This document shows, one piece after another, positions 24,293-37,444 of a DNA stretch of 64,000 nt. The DNA is from Heterodontus francisci (lineage: Eukaryota), in NCBI RefSeq assembly GCF_036365525.1, contig NC_090389.1, positions 54,505,885-54,569,884 of the forward strand. Reading direction: 5' to 3'. Each line of letters begins with the position of its first letter. Positions within the stretch are counted from its first letter, which is position 1. A program made the translations under genes and the position numbers. The notes below the pieces were generated by a model, which was given only the letters and a program-made list of their open reading frames with translations, had not been told where the DNA came from and made no database searches.

Positions 24293-24475
24293 TTAGGCTA
24301 ATTTCTTATTGCTTTCTGATCTTGTGTTTTGCAGAGAAGCTGAAAACTCCAGGATGATTTTAGCACTTTTGCGGGGCCGCTCCATCACCACAGAATGGCC
24401 ACAGTTTTCCAAGAGATCCACTCTACAGCCAGGAATATTATCAGCAAGGACGCCAGCTCCAGAAACATCCAGTAC
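24293..24475 (-). CDS. ABHD6: ABHD6 (monoacylglycerol lipase) last coding exon
   Basis: gactag|GTA...GCC TAA; VLDVSGAGVLADNIPGCRVDLLENCGHSVVMERPRKSAKIILEFSASLQNTRSESNKKLA* resembles the human C-terminus and includes the catalytic His (CGHS). Confidence 0.96.
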   Translation of the reverse strand, partial: VLDVSGAGVLADNIPGCRVDLLENCGHSVVMERPRKSAKIILEFSASLQNTRSESNKKLA

Positions 24476-24911
24476 CTAGTCACGAGAAGGACAAAGAACA
24501 GGAATCTTTAGATCACTACATTAAATTAATCTAAATCCAAATTATTAATGGAAAGTAATAGATCTGTTATTTAAATACTTACACAAAAAGGATTCCAATC
24601 CGAAATATATAACTTCAATTTAAAATTTTCAAATTTATGCGACTCCACTGACACTTAATCGATTCTGCTACACAGGGTCCCTACTCCATCTGCATTGTCT
24701 AGGATCATAATAATTGTATGAACACTTGGCTGCAGTATCAGAGGAATGCTGGTACCTATGGAATTGGATCCCAGCGGGATTCACTTTATTCAGGAGAGGA
24801 GGAGAGAAAGACTGGAGGAAAAAACTTTGATTTATCCATTATGGCACGGTTGGGTTCTGGGTAATGTTCCTCATCATTATTTTGTTTGAGCGAATATTAT
24901 CAAGTGATATC

Positions 24912-25270
24912 AGCCTTGGTTCAGTATAACATTCTCACCTCTGGAGTCATAAAGTTATGGGTTCAAGCCCCACTCCAAAGACTTGAACATGTAATCTAGG
25001 CTGAAATTTCACAGCAGAACTGAGGAAGTACCCATCTTCCCTCTCAGGTGGAGGTAAAAGTTACCATGGCATTATTTGAAGAGGAGTAGGAGAGTTCTCC
25101 CAGTATTTTGGCCAACATTTATCCCTCAACCAACATCACTAAACAAATTGCCTGGCTTTCAATCTCGTTACTCTTTCTGAGACCTTGCAATGCACAAATT
25201 GGCTGCCACATTTCCATTTGGAACATCCCGAGGATGTGGAAACTTCTATCTAAATGCAAGTCTTTTCCTT
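24912..25270 (+). mobile_element. Deu-domain SINE (SacSINE1/AmnSINE-like)
   Basis: tRNA-like head (GGGTTCAAGCCCCACTCC); central CCATGGCATTATTTGAAGAGGAG..GCCAACATTTATCCCTCAACC; AAATTGGCTGCC. Confidence 0.6.
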
Positions 25271-25427
25271 TTAAGGAAAATAGTTCCAATAATTTCTGCA
25301 TTCGAATTTAAGTTACAAATTCAAGTAGCTGAACAGTGAGTTTCAACAAGAGTTTCTTTAGCTGTCAATATGTTATTAGGCCAGTAATATAACTGCAAAA
25401 GAACATTAAAATAATTACAGATTTTAC

Positions 25428-25528
25428 CTGGTCCTGCTTTCCCCAAATGACTTGAGTTGGAGCTCTGATTAGGTTCATGTTTTCCTGCAAAGTGTGTCTT
25501 GAGTTTTTTCCGACTATTTCCAGAAACA
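25428..25528 (-). CDS. ABHD6: ABHD6 penultimate coding exon
   Basis: gatag|TG TTT...CAG|gtaaaa; 101 nt; (L)FLEIVGKNSRHTLQENMNLIRAPTQVIWGKQDQ with the catalytic Asp motif WGKQD. Confidence 0.95.
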
Positions 25529-25734
25529 CTATCCATAGTCACAGGAGACAGAATTGAAAAAGTCACAAAGTTAAAAACTTAACTGAGAGATTTTTAAGCT
25601 AAGTAATAATAAAGCCTTTTTTCTATCATAGATAAAAAATATTATTTGGTGGTAACATTCAAAAGTGAGTTGCACCTCATTTGATAAGGAGGCTGGTTAC
25701 AAAAATTTAGGTGTATGATATTTTTTTAATTTAA

Positions 25735-26077
25735 TTTTTTTTTTATTTAGAGATACAGCACTGAAACAGGCCCTTCGGCCCACCGAGTCTGTGCCGACCA
25801 TCAACCACCCATTTATACTAATCCTACACTAATTCCATACTCCTACCACATCCCCATCTGTCCGTATATTTCCCTACCATCTACCTATACTAGGGGCAAT
25901 TTATAAAGGCCAATTTACCTATCAACCTGCAAGTCTTTGGCATGTGGGAGGAAACCGGAGCACCCGGAAGAAACCCACGCAGACACAGGGAGAACTTGCA
26001 AACTCCACACAGGCAGTACCCAGAATTGAACAGCTGGAGCTGTGAGGCTGCGGTGCTAACCACTGCGCCACTGTCGC
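25735..26077 (-). mobile_element. HE1/V-SINE-like SINE
   Basis: Reverse complement of the element at 16264-16600. Confidence 0.88.
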
Positions 26078-26879
26078 AATGGACCATAATTAGCCAAAAT
26101 AATGGCGAGGCTAATGGGGCTCACCGTTAATTATGCACAAAAGCTACAGCAACTTCATGTGAGAGGCAGATACTAAAAGCGGAAATGCAAAAGCTGCTGT
26201 CTACGATGCGTCACTCCACTGTTAGCTTCACGAAAATGGCATCTTGCTGTCTGGATCACTATTGAATGGCATGAAATTGCTGTACTTGCACAGCAGATAC
26301 AAACTAAACATGCCACAGGAAGTTAGGGTGGGCTGGTCTAGCGTGACTCAAAGGAACCTGATTTAGAGCCATTAAGAACTGTGCATATATAATTAAGCCT
26401 GGATTATCTGTCAAAGATTCTTTTAACAATGTGTTCAGTGTTAATAGCTGCCAAAGAACCTCACTGGCACTGAAAATTAACTAATACCAGTGTTGAGTCT
26501 TATTCCTTTAGGTTTTAATTGATGCTGGAAATTTAAAAAATGTTTAAAATGTAAAATTTAAATGTAAGGTTTCCTGTACATTTTCTTTGTCTCTTTTCTC
26601 TTACTGTTAATCCAATCTTTCTTTCCCTCTTTCTCTTTTTGTACCCAATTTCACATTTAATTCACCCACTCATACACTTACTTCTCAATTTCTCAATCCT
26701 TCAATTTTATTGGTTAAGGAGTTCCCTCAGAACCTGTTCCCTCAGGTTCCAGATGCCCAGTTTCCCTCGCTGCAACAGTACCAGCTCACACTTTTTGCAA
26801 CTTGCCATGCAAAAAACGAAAAAACCTAAATGGTCAAGTCTAAATAATGGCAGACACCGTTAGTTGCCCTGCCACAGAA

Positions 26880-27350
26880 AACCAATGTAGCTGATAGAAA
26901 GTTGGTTGATGTTTAGAGTATAAAAGGTTAGGGTTAATGAATGCTGCCTAGATTGGAGAGCCTCAGAAATAATCTACCCCAGGGTCTACTTTAGTTCTTG
27001 ATAGGATAGACTTGGGTATAAGAAGCAAAATATCTGAATTTGCTTATAACATAAATGCAGAGTTTGGCAAGTAGCAAGGTGGTGAATGGTTAAAAAAAAT
27101 TCAGGAAGACCTAGATTTGTTAGTAAAATGGTCAGACGGATGGCAGGTGTCATTAATATGGAGGAGTATTAGGTAATGCACTTTGGGAGGAAAAGTGAAG
27201 AACGGAAGTATATACTCAATGAAAAGATGCTGCAGGGTGTTGTTGAACAAAAACACCTAGGGGTTCAAATATATAATTTGTTATAACATGACTGCAGATA
27301 GATAAAACCATAAAAAGGCCAAAAGAGCAAAGAGGCAATGATAACTTAAA
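26880..27350 (+). mobile_element. Highly decayed CR1 RT fragment
   Basis: Remnants of PQGSTL, LVKWSDGWQ and MHFGRK. Confidence 0.5.
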
Positions 27351-27357
27351 TGACAGT

Positions 27358-30300
27358 TGTTACGACCAGGTGCGAAATGTGTCTAGGGGTCTGTTACTAT
27401 CTTCACCTGGTCTTATCGTAACAGGGTTTAATTTTAAACACACTGTGTCTTGAGCTTCCCTTTTTTGTGAATCCTTGTTCACAACTTTTCAATTATAAGT
27501 CAAAGAAATGAGCACAAATAGTCTTTCTTTGATTTAAAGAAGAAAGATGAAATTTATTAAACCTAAATTTAAACTCTAATACAGTTCATGGCTATGGATA
27601 TACGACACACCCACACTAGCATGCACACACAATAGAAACATGCAGATAGGGACAGAAAGGAGGAGAGGAAAATATTGTAGAGAGGGGTTTGAGGCAATAT
27701 CTTGTTACGGTGCTTCGAGCTCACTGTAGTCCTTCGGTAAGTAGTCTTACTTTTCGTTGGGGCCCAGTAGTCTTCTTAAAACCTTGTTCATGGAGGAAAC
27801 TTTTCTCTCCGAGTTTCACGTGTTTTCACAAGTTTCAGTTCCGTGGGAAGGAGATGGAAGCAGGCAGGAGAGAGGTCTTCTTGCTTCAGTTCCTGGCCAG
27901 ATCTTTACTCCGTGAGCACATGGCTTTGTCTGAGTTCAAATCCTTTGTTGGAAGTTCAAACCTCAACAGCCAGCTAGTCATGTGACTAAAACTGGTCTGA
28001 CCATTTCTTCTGTGTATTGGGGAAGCAAAGACTGGGTCCCTTTTGTTTCAACACTGCTAGTTCTATGAAAATGTCCTTCCAGTCACTGTAGGTTGGAGTT
28101 TCCCCTCAACCTGGCACATGTGGCAACTCCTGCAGTACTCCACCACATCTTTGTGGAGTTTTGGCCAGTCAAACTGCTGTTTTATGCGGGCTTTGATCTT
28201 TCATATACTGTCATGTACAGCCACTGTAGTCTCGTGGGCCCTTAATATTTCTCCCTGGTACCTCTGTGGCACCACTAACTGGTGAACTACTGTCCATTCC
28301 TTGCCCTCAGGTCTGTGAGGAGAACTCCATTTCCTCATCAGTACCTCATTCTTTAAATAGTAGCAATCAGGGACTCCCTCTGCTTTACTTTCAGACTGGG
28401 CAGCCTGTGCTAACTCTCGCAATACTGGGTCAGCTTGCTGAGCCTCAGCTAGGGAAAATCTATTTAATTCATTACCTGGGTCTCCTAACTTTCCAAAGGA
28501 GGTCTCAGAGAGGTAGACCTCATGGTCATTTGCCTGCTGTGTCAATGCAGTCTCCTCTGGGGGAGTTGGTTTGATCAGGGCCTGACCCACTACACATTCA
28601 GGGGCTCTGCAGGGGACCATCTCCTGCCACTGCCCTGTCTCTCTGACCTCCTGCGGTCTTTCTTTCACTACTGGGGGGGCTACCACCTTCACCCCTGCCA
28701 GATCATTACCTAGGAACAGGTCAACCCTGTCCACAGGCAAACTAGGGACAATCCCTACAGTCACTGGTCCCGAAACTAGGTTGCACTCCAGGTGCACCCA
28801 GTGTACAGGTACAGACATACACTGCCCTCCAATACCATTCACCACAATTTTGGTGTTCACTGTACTCTCTAGGGGAAAAGGTCAGGCCTTTTCCCAGTAA
28901 AAGGGATCTAGTCGCCCGTGTCCCTGAGAATCATTATGGATTTGCTTACCCCACTCGAGGGATATGGGGTTACTTTCCCTTCAACTACAAAACCCTGATA
29001 ACCTTAAGGAATCCGATTAACTTTTCCTGCACTGGCCATAGTAAGCTTCCTGGGTTGCAATCTCACTGCAGTTAAAGCCACAGCTTGTTCTGTGCTTTCC
29101 ATCAGGTTCCCGTCTTCACTGAGTGGGTGTGCCCTGATTAACCCTACCGGTTTGCCCTTTAGTTTCCAGTAGCCAACTTTTAAATGCCCCTACCTTGTTA
29201 CAATGGAAGCACACAGGTCTCCGGGTCTCACTTTTGCTCACAGCACCTTCCTTTTAGGCTGGAGGAGTGCCCCTTGTGTCTCCTGCTTTCCTTTCTCTTC
29301 CATGACTGCTTGGGCTCCTATGACCTTCCCACCCTTTGTCCTTTTTGGATTTGTGGAGTGACTAGGAAAGGTTCTCCCCTGGGAAACTGACATAAATTAA
29401 AGCAAACTCATCAGCCAGAACAGCCACTTGCCGGGCACCCTGAACCTGCTGCTCCTCTACATGGGTCTTGATTGAGAACAGGAGAGAGTTCTTAAATTCC
29501 TCTAACAGGATTACTTCTCTGAGAGTCTCATAGCTGAGTTGGATTTTTAAAGCCCTCAGCCACTGGTCAAAAGCCAGCTGCTTACTTCTTTCAAACTCCA
29601 GATAAGTTTGATTGGCTTGCTTTTTGAGGGTTCTAAACTTTTGGTGATAGGCTTCAGGTACTAATTCATATGCCCCAATGATAGCATTTTTGGTCAGTTC
29701 ATAATTTGATGAACTCTCATCTGGCAACAGGGAATAAACCTCATGGGCTTTTCAGGTTTGTTTGCTTTGCAGTAAAAGAGACCAGGTCTCAGCTGGCCAT
29801 TTTAGCTGCCTTGCCAGTTTCTCGAAGGACACGAAAAACGCTTCCACATCTTCCTCATTGAAATTTGGAATTAGTTGAGCGATTTTTAGCAATCTTGTAC
29901 CCAGTCCTGAATTCTGCTCCTCTACATTGACCTGCTTTCACTAGGGTTACTCTGTCACCACCTAGCTAACTCAAGCCGCTTTAACTCTCTTCACATTCCT
30001 TCCAGAATATCCTTGCTCTCTCTCTCTCTCCTGCCTTTCATTTTCTTCACGTTCCTTTTGGAAGGCCCTCTTTTTCTATTCCCATTCCTTCTGGAAGGCT
30101 CTCTCTTTCTACCTCTCCCTTTCCTCAAATTCCAGTTTCCTCTGTTCCAATTGTATCTTTGCTGACAATACCCATTCGGATTCTGTTTCTAACACTGCTT
30201 CTGCTTCTTCAGATTCAAGGGAAAAATGGTTGGCTATTAATCTTAGGAGTTCAGACTTCCTAGCCTTGCCATATACAGTGATCCCACACTGCTCAGCCAT

Positions 30301-31318
30301 TTATCTCAACTCCTCCATAGACAGTGCTTTTAACTTATCCCAAGTTACTTTGCCCTGGTTTGGAGACAGTTTGGTTGCAGACACGTTAATATTCAATCAC
30401 ACACAACCACAAGAAAACCTGCATTGAAAACTTGCTCTTTTTGATTGGGAACAATTTGACTTCCCACTACCAAGTTCACTTGTTTGTCTGTGGGTAACAA
30501 TCCAGAAGCTAGCATCCAATTTCTGTTACGACCAGTGAGAAATGAGTCTAGGGGTCTGTTACTATCTTCACCTGGACTTATTGTCACAGGGTTTAATTTT
30601 AAACACACTGTGTTTTGAGCTCCCCTTTTTCTGAATCCTTGTTCACAACTTACCAATTATCAGGCAAAGAAATGAGCACAAACAGGCTTTCTTTGGTTTA
30701 AAGAAGATGAAATTTATTAAAACTTAAACTCAAACACGGTTCATGCCTAGGGATATACAACGCACCCACGCTAGCATGCACATGCGATATAAACATGCAG
30801 ACAGGGACAGAAAAGAGAGGAAAATATAGTAGAGAGGGGTTTGAGGCAATATCTTGTTATGGTGCTTTGAGCTCACAGTAGTCCTTTGGTAAGTAGTCTT
30901 GCTTTTCGACGGGGCCCAGTAGTCTTCTTAAAACCTTGTTCACATAGGAAACTTTTCTCTCTTTGAATTTCACGTGTTTTCACAAGATTCAGTTCTGTGG
31001 GAAGGAGATGGAAGCAGGCAGGAGGTCTTCTAGCTTCAGTTCCAAGAGAGATCTTTACTCCATGAGCACACAGCTTTGTCTGAGTTCAAATCCTTTGCTG
31101 GAAGTTCAAATCTCAACAGCCATCTAGTCATGTGACTAAAACTGGTCTGACCACTTCTTCTGTGTATTGGGGAAGCAACGACTGGGTCCCTTTTGTTCCA
31201 ACACTGCTAGTTCTATGAAAATGTCCTTCCAGTCAAGGTCTTGAAATTTTACGTTTTAATATTGATGTGATGAAATCATATGTGCCTCAGTCTTGGCAGG
31301 TGAGGTGTTTGCCTGACA
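27358..31318 (-). mobile_element. Internally deleted Gmr1-like Gypsy LTR retrotransposon with two LTRs
   Basis: TGT..ACA ends; 4-bp TSD CAGT (27354-27357 and 31319-31322); LTRs 27358-~28085 (truncated) and 30524-31318; gag (YELVPEAYHQKFR, ILLEEFK), protease region (LFLGNDLAG) and start of integrase. Confidence 0.9.
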
Positions 31319-31334
31319 CAGTATAAAAAATATA

Positions 31335-31640
31335 TTTTTGGGGGATGTGGCCATCACTGGAAAGGACTTATTTCCTATCCCTTGCTGCTCTTTGAAAAGG
31401 TGGTGGTGGGCATTCTTGAACTGCTGCAATCCATGTGATGAAGGTGGGTTCAACAATGCTGTTAAGGCAGGGAGTTCCAGGATTGTGAGCCAGAAATATC
31501 GAAGGAATTGTAACATATGTCCAAATGAGGATGGTGTGTGACTTGGAGGGGCTTTTGGAGCTGACAGTGTTCCTGTGCATCTGCTCTGCCTTTGTCCTAC
31601 CAGATTGTGAAGGTCCTGGATTTGAGCGGTTGAAGAAAAG
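31335..31640 (-). mobile_element. LINE family B 3' end
   Basis: Similar to positions 15-330. Confidence 0.65.
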
Positions 31641-33544
31641 CCTTCAGTAAAAAGGAAAATGAGGCAGGGTGTATAATGAGCAGCCAATCCAATACCCATT
31701 TTTATGCCCCTGCCAAAGTTGAAAGTTCCACCCAACAAATAAGAGATGAAAGACTGAATGACGTAAGAGACAGGAACAGATTTGAAAAGAGAGGGTGGGA
31801 GAGATAAATCCAGCAAAAGGTAGTCTAGTTACCAGAAAACGGCTTTGTGAATTTTTAAAATATGATTTTACAATGATTAATTCATAATTTTTCCAAAAGT
31901 TTACCATAAAAAAATAACAGTCCTATCCGTCAAAAAACATTCATGAAGCATAATTAAGTGGTGTATCTGTTAATACAGACTTGCTTTTAAAACATAAGGT
32001 AAATGTTATCAAATACATCAGCAGCAGCAAGGATTAGTGTTCTGTACACAACAGCCACTAGACGGAGTAAGTGCATAAACTGCATAATAAAGGCAATGCA
32101 TTCTTCCCAGGTTTGATTCCAAGTATTTGTTGAGTTAATAAACTCAACTGGGATGAAAATGGGGGGCACTAAAGCTGGTCCCAACAACCCCGGGCTAGAC
32201 AAGAGAAAAATCAGCCACAGGTTCTTTCTTCTGATTGCTATCCAGTGACCAGATACGTGACCAGTGTGGATGTCAGATGTGGACATGATCAGGCTGAGGT
32301 GTGGTGCCCCACACAATCAAATTGCATAACACAATACCATGCTCACACACAAGGTTGGGCACTTGGGTGAGGTATTTATCACGTACCATCATTACCCATT
32401 GTTTACACAAAAAACTGTAAAGAATAGGACAGAGAGCATAACTAGCATTTTACTTCAATTATAAATCATTACAAGTTACCAATTAATAATTTTTAACTTG
32501 TTTAATGACAGAAAATTCAGCACGGAAAGATTAATTTGACATTTCCAATTTCATTCCAATTAACATCTTGCTCTGAGCTTAGTCGTAGCTCACTACTTTT
32601 ACCACTGAACCCAGAGGTTGTGGGTTTATGCCTTACCGACACAACATAAATCTGTGAAAAAGACCACCAACAAAATCTTCAGAGAACTCTTAGAAAATCA
32701 GCAGGACATTATGTTAATTCACTTTAATAAAACTTCATACACTGTACACATTTTTTTTTTAAATCACGAAACAACAGCAGCTTTAAGAGACATCAAAATG
32801 ACCCACTTTTTCTCGGCACTGACCCATTTTCTTAACACAGATGTCTGGTTGTGGCAATTTTCATAGGTGCACATTAGGCTATTAAAAAGATGCATCCACA
32901 ATAATAGAGGATGTAACAACAATTGGTGCAGTAGTGATTATTAGCACATACGACATGCTGATACCACCCAGGCTCACAAATGAAGAATGGCCATTTGGAC
33001 AAGGTGCTCAGCAAACCATATCCTAACATGAATCACGGGTACGAGTAGAAGAGGAATCAGGACAGGAAATTAGAGGGAATATTGGAGAAAGAAAAATGAA
33101 AAACGTTATACTTTAGTGTAATAATCTTGAGGACAGGGCTGTGTGAAAGTGGAGACTCTAGAATCATGGAAAGTCTATGGCACAGAAAGAGGTCACTCAG
33201 CCCATCGTGTCTATCCCTATATACAAGGTGAAACCTGGAAACTTCATTCAGGAGAAAGAGATGAACCTGTGGTGTTGCTTACCTGTGCCATGATCATCAT
33301 TTATTATAAAAACACACTCTTCTGAATGTAACTGTTTGAGGTTTGTTTGGAAAATGTTGAAGACATTTCAAGGGAGAAATGCAAAACAGCCACTAAGATT
33401 CTAGATTTAGGTAAGACTGACATCAAAGGGATAAGACACAGACTGTCCACAGTAAACTGGGTAAATCTGTTATTGGTAAAAATGACAGAAGATCAGTGGA
33501 GGTGTTAAAAAAAGAATTTGTGGTACAGAACCAGTTTACACCCC

Positions 33545-33945
33545 ATAGAGTTATACAGCACAGAAACAGACCCCTCGGACCATTGTGTCTGTGCCGGCCA
33601 TCAAGCACCTTACTATTCTAATCCCATTTTCCAGCACTTGGCCTGTAGCCTTGTATGCTATGGCATTTCAAATGCTCATCTAGATACTTCTTAAATGTTG
33701 TGAGGGTTCCTGCCTCAACCACCTCTTCAGGCAGTGCGTTCCAGATTCCAAACACCCTCTGGGTGAAAACAGTTTTCCTCAAATCCCCTCTAAACCTCTT
33801 GCCCTTATCTTAAATCTATGCCCCCTGGTTATTGACCCCTCCGCTAAGGGAAAAAGTTTCTTCCTATCTAACCTATCAATGCTCCTCATAATTTTGTATC
33901 CCTCAATCATGTCCCCCCTCAGCCTTCTCTGCTCCAAGGAGTTGT
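33545..33945 (-). mobile_element. CR1 3' fragment
   Basis: SLEQRRLRGDMIE...TRGHRFK plus 3' UTR; near-identical to 45350-45750. Confidence 0.85.
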
Positions 33946-34499
33946 ACTTGCAAAAAGAGACAGCCACGGACAACTGAAGAGGTAAGAGACAATATAAAAC
34001 TAAAAGTAAAAACATAGAAAAATGCAAAAAATAGGTCAGATCCTGGTAACTGAAAGGTAAAAAGAATAGCATGAATGAAAAAGCAGATAGAGGTACAAAA
34101 AGGGAGTATGCAAAGAAACTCGCAAGGGATATCAAAATCAACACAAAACAAAAAATATTTTATAATTACATTAGGAAAAGGGTGGTCAGAAGCAATATGG
34201 GCCCCTTGAAAACGGATAATGATATTGCCAATGAAAATAAGGAAATGGCAGACATGCTGAATAATTACTTTGCATCAGTCTTTACAGTAGAGTAAGAGGT
34301 CAGTGTGACAGACATCCCAAGGAAACTAATATTAATCCAGGGTCAGGGACTCACCAAAATTAGCATAACAAAATGACAATGAAGAAAATAATGGCACTGA
34401 AGAGTGACAAATCTCCAAGACCAGATGGTTTCTATCCCAGGGTTTTAAAGAAAGTAGGTGAGAACATTGCAGATACCCTAACTATAATATTCCAAGGTT

Positions 34500-35810
34500 C
34501 TACATACATACGAACATATGAATTAGGAGAAGTAGGCCATTCGTCCACTCGAGCCTGCTCTGCCATTCAATAAGATCATGGTTGATCCGTTTGTGTTTCG
34601 AATTCCACACTCCCATCTACCCCCGATAACCTTTGATTCCCTTGCCCAACAAGAATTTATCTACCCCCGCCTTAAAAATATTCAATGACCCCACCTCCAC
34701 CACCTTCTGAGGCAGAGAGTTCCAAAGTCGCACAATCCTCTGAGAGAAAAAAATTTCTTCTCATCTCTGTCCTTGAAGGGCGACCCCTAATTTTAAAACA
34801 GTGCCCACTAGTTCTGGGCTCACCCACAAGAGGAAACATCCTTTCCACATCCACCTTGTCAAGACCGTTCGGAATCTTAAATACCTCAATCAAGTCTCCC
34901 CTCACTCTTCTAAACTCCAGTGAAAACATGCCCAGTCTGTCCAACCTTTCCTCATAAGACAATCTGCTCATTCCAGGTATCAATCGAGTAAACCTCCTCT
35001 GAACCGCTTCCAATATATTTACATCCTTCCTTAAATAAGGAGACCAAAACTGCACACATTATTTAAGATGTGGTCTCACCAATGCCCTTGGTAAGAAAAA
35101 TGGGGACAGGCAATATAAAATAACGGGCACAATTCTAAAGGGGGTGCAGGAGCAAAGGGACCTGGGGATATATGTGCACAAACTCCAGTGAAATCAAGCC
35201 CAGTTGGTCCAACCTTTCCTCATAAGACATAACCCGCTCAGGTATCAATCTAGTAAACCTCCTCTGAACTGCCTCCAATGTATTTACATCCTTACTTAAA
35301 CAAGGAGACCAAAACTACACACAATATTCGAGATGTGGTCTCACCAATGCCCTGTATAACTGAAGCATAACATCCTTACTTTTAGTTTCAATTCCTCTCA
35401 TAATAAAGGATAGCATTCCATTAGCCTTCTTTATTACCTGCATACCTAACTTTTTGTGACTCATGCACTAGAACACCTAGATCCCTTTTCACCCCGGAAT
35501 TCTGCAGTTATTCTCCGTTTAAGTAATACTCTGCTTTTTTATTCTTCCTGCCAGTGAACAACTTCACATTTTCCCACATTATACTCCATCTGCCAGATTT
35601 TTGCCCACTCACTCAACCTATCTATATTGGTCTGCAACCTTCTTATGTCCTCTTCACAACATACTTTCGTACCTATCTTTGTGTCATCTGCAAATTTAGC
35701 TATCATGCCATCGCTCCCCTCATCGAAGTCATTGATGTAAATTGTAAAAATTTGAGGCCGCAACACAGACCCCTGTGGGACTCCGCTCATCACGTCTTAC
35801 CACTCAGAAA
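34500..35810 (-). mobile_element. CR1 3' fragment with internal duplication and inversion
   Basis: ORFs 34672..35055 and 35539..35793; duplicated segment flanking an opposite-strand piece at about 35088-35180. Confidence 0.8.
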
Positions 35811-36710
35811 AGGAGTAAATCGAATTGGCTGAAATCTGGCATCTATGATGCTGGGGACTTCAGGAGGAGGCCGTCAGGATCGTCAACTCGGCAATTCTGG
35901 CTGGAGATTGTTGCAAATGCTTCAGCCTTATCTTTCGCATTGATATGCTGGGCTCCCTCATCATTGAGGATGAGGATATTTGTGGAGCCACCTCCTCCAG
36001 TTAGTTGTTTAATTGTCCACCACCATTCACGGCTGGATATGGCAGGACTGCACAGCTTAGAGCTGATCCGTTGGTTATGGGATCGCTTAGCTCTGTCTAT
36101 CGCATGCTGCTTACGCAGCTTGGCACGCAGATAGTCCTGTGTTGTAGCTTCACCAGGTTGACACCTCATTTTGAGGTATGCCTGGTAATGCTCCTGGCAT
36201 GCCCTCCTGCACTCTTCATTGAACCAAGGGTCTCCTGACTTGATGGTAATGGTAGAGTGGGGGATATGCCAGGCCATGAGGTTACAGATTTGGGTTGAGT
36301 AAATTCTGCTGCTGCTGATGGCCCATAGTACCTCATGGATGCCCAGTTTTACATTGCTAGATCTGTTCGAAATCTATCCCATTTAGCATGGTGGTAGTGC
36401 CACACAACAAGATGGAGGGTATCCTCAATGTGAAGGCGGGACTTCGTCTCCACAAGGACTGTGCGGTGGTCACTTCTATCAATACTGTCATGGACAGATG
36501 CATCTGCGGCAGGCAGATTGGTGAGGACGAGGTCAAGTATGTTTTTCCCTCTTGTTGATTCCCTCACCACCTGCCGCGTACCCAGTCTAGTAGCAATGTC
36601 CTTTAGGACTCGGCCAGCTCAGTCTGTAGTGGTGCTACCAAGCCACTCTTGGTGAAGGACATTGAAGTCCCCCACCCAGACTACATTCTGTGCCCTTGCC
36701 ACCCTCAGAC
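35810..36710 (-). mobile_element. LINE family B endonuclease/linker fragment
   Basis: VWVGDFNVLHQEWL, TRGKNILDLVLTN, SDH, DPWFNEEC. Confidence 0.8.
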
Positions 36711-36766
36711 CAATTAGCCAAACATCTATTGTTGGGATACTACTCGAGTTTATAATTAAGGATAGA

Positions 36767-37444
36767 GGGCTGAATTTTCCCAGCCCTATGGCGACAGACT
36801 GGGAGGTGGGAGGGCTGGTAATAAGGTGGGGAAAGGCATCAGGACGAGAGCCCAATGTCTTCCTGCTGAAATGACATATTACCAGCAGCTGGAACCTGGT
36901 CACCCACTTAAGGGCCCAATTGGGGCCATTTCCCGCCCCCCACCAGCATTTTGCCTGCATTGGGTGGGCCTGCCGTCGCATGGGGTGACTTCCAGGTAAA
37001 CCCTGGTGGCCACCCAGCAGGTTCCTGGGGGTGCCCTCCTTAATGACTGCTCCATGGCCCACGGAGGGGACCCCTGGCAGCAATGACCACCCTTATGGCT
37101 ATGGCGCCACCGCTTAAAGATGGCCCCCCCCCCCAACCCCACCACCGATAGCAGGCCCTGGCTCCTTAAAACTAACTTATCTGTCTTCGAGAGTACCTTG
37201 GCATTAAGGCACCCTCTTCTTCATGCTGCAGCCTCCGTAGTGGGCACCTGTCATGGTAGTGATGCTGAGCTGTTGGCCCTCTGATTGGGCTGGCAGCTCT
37301 GGGAGGCGGGCCACCGTTCTCAATTGGACAGTGGCCCTGGCAGCGGCCTGTTAATTGGCTATTGCCGGCAAAAGCCGCCCCAGGGTCCTGCCGCCTGCCA
37401 GCATGGGGTCAGCTCCTACTTTTGGTCCCAGCAAAATTCAGACC
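36767..37444. mobile_element. GC-rich MITE (Harbinger-like TIRs)
   Basis: GGGCTGAATTTT ... AAAATTCAGACC inverted ends; it interrupts the older CR1. Confidence 0.65.
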
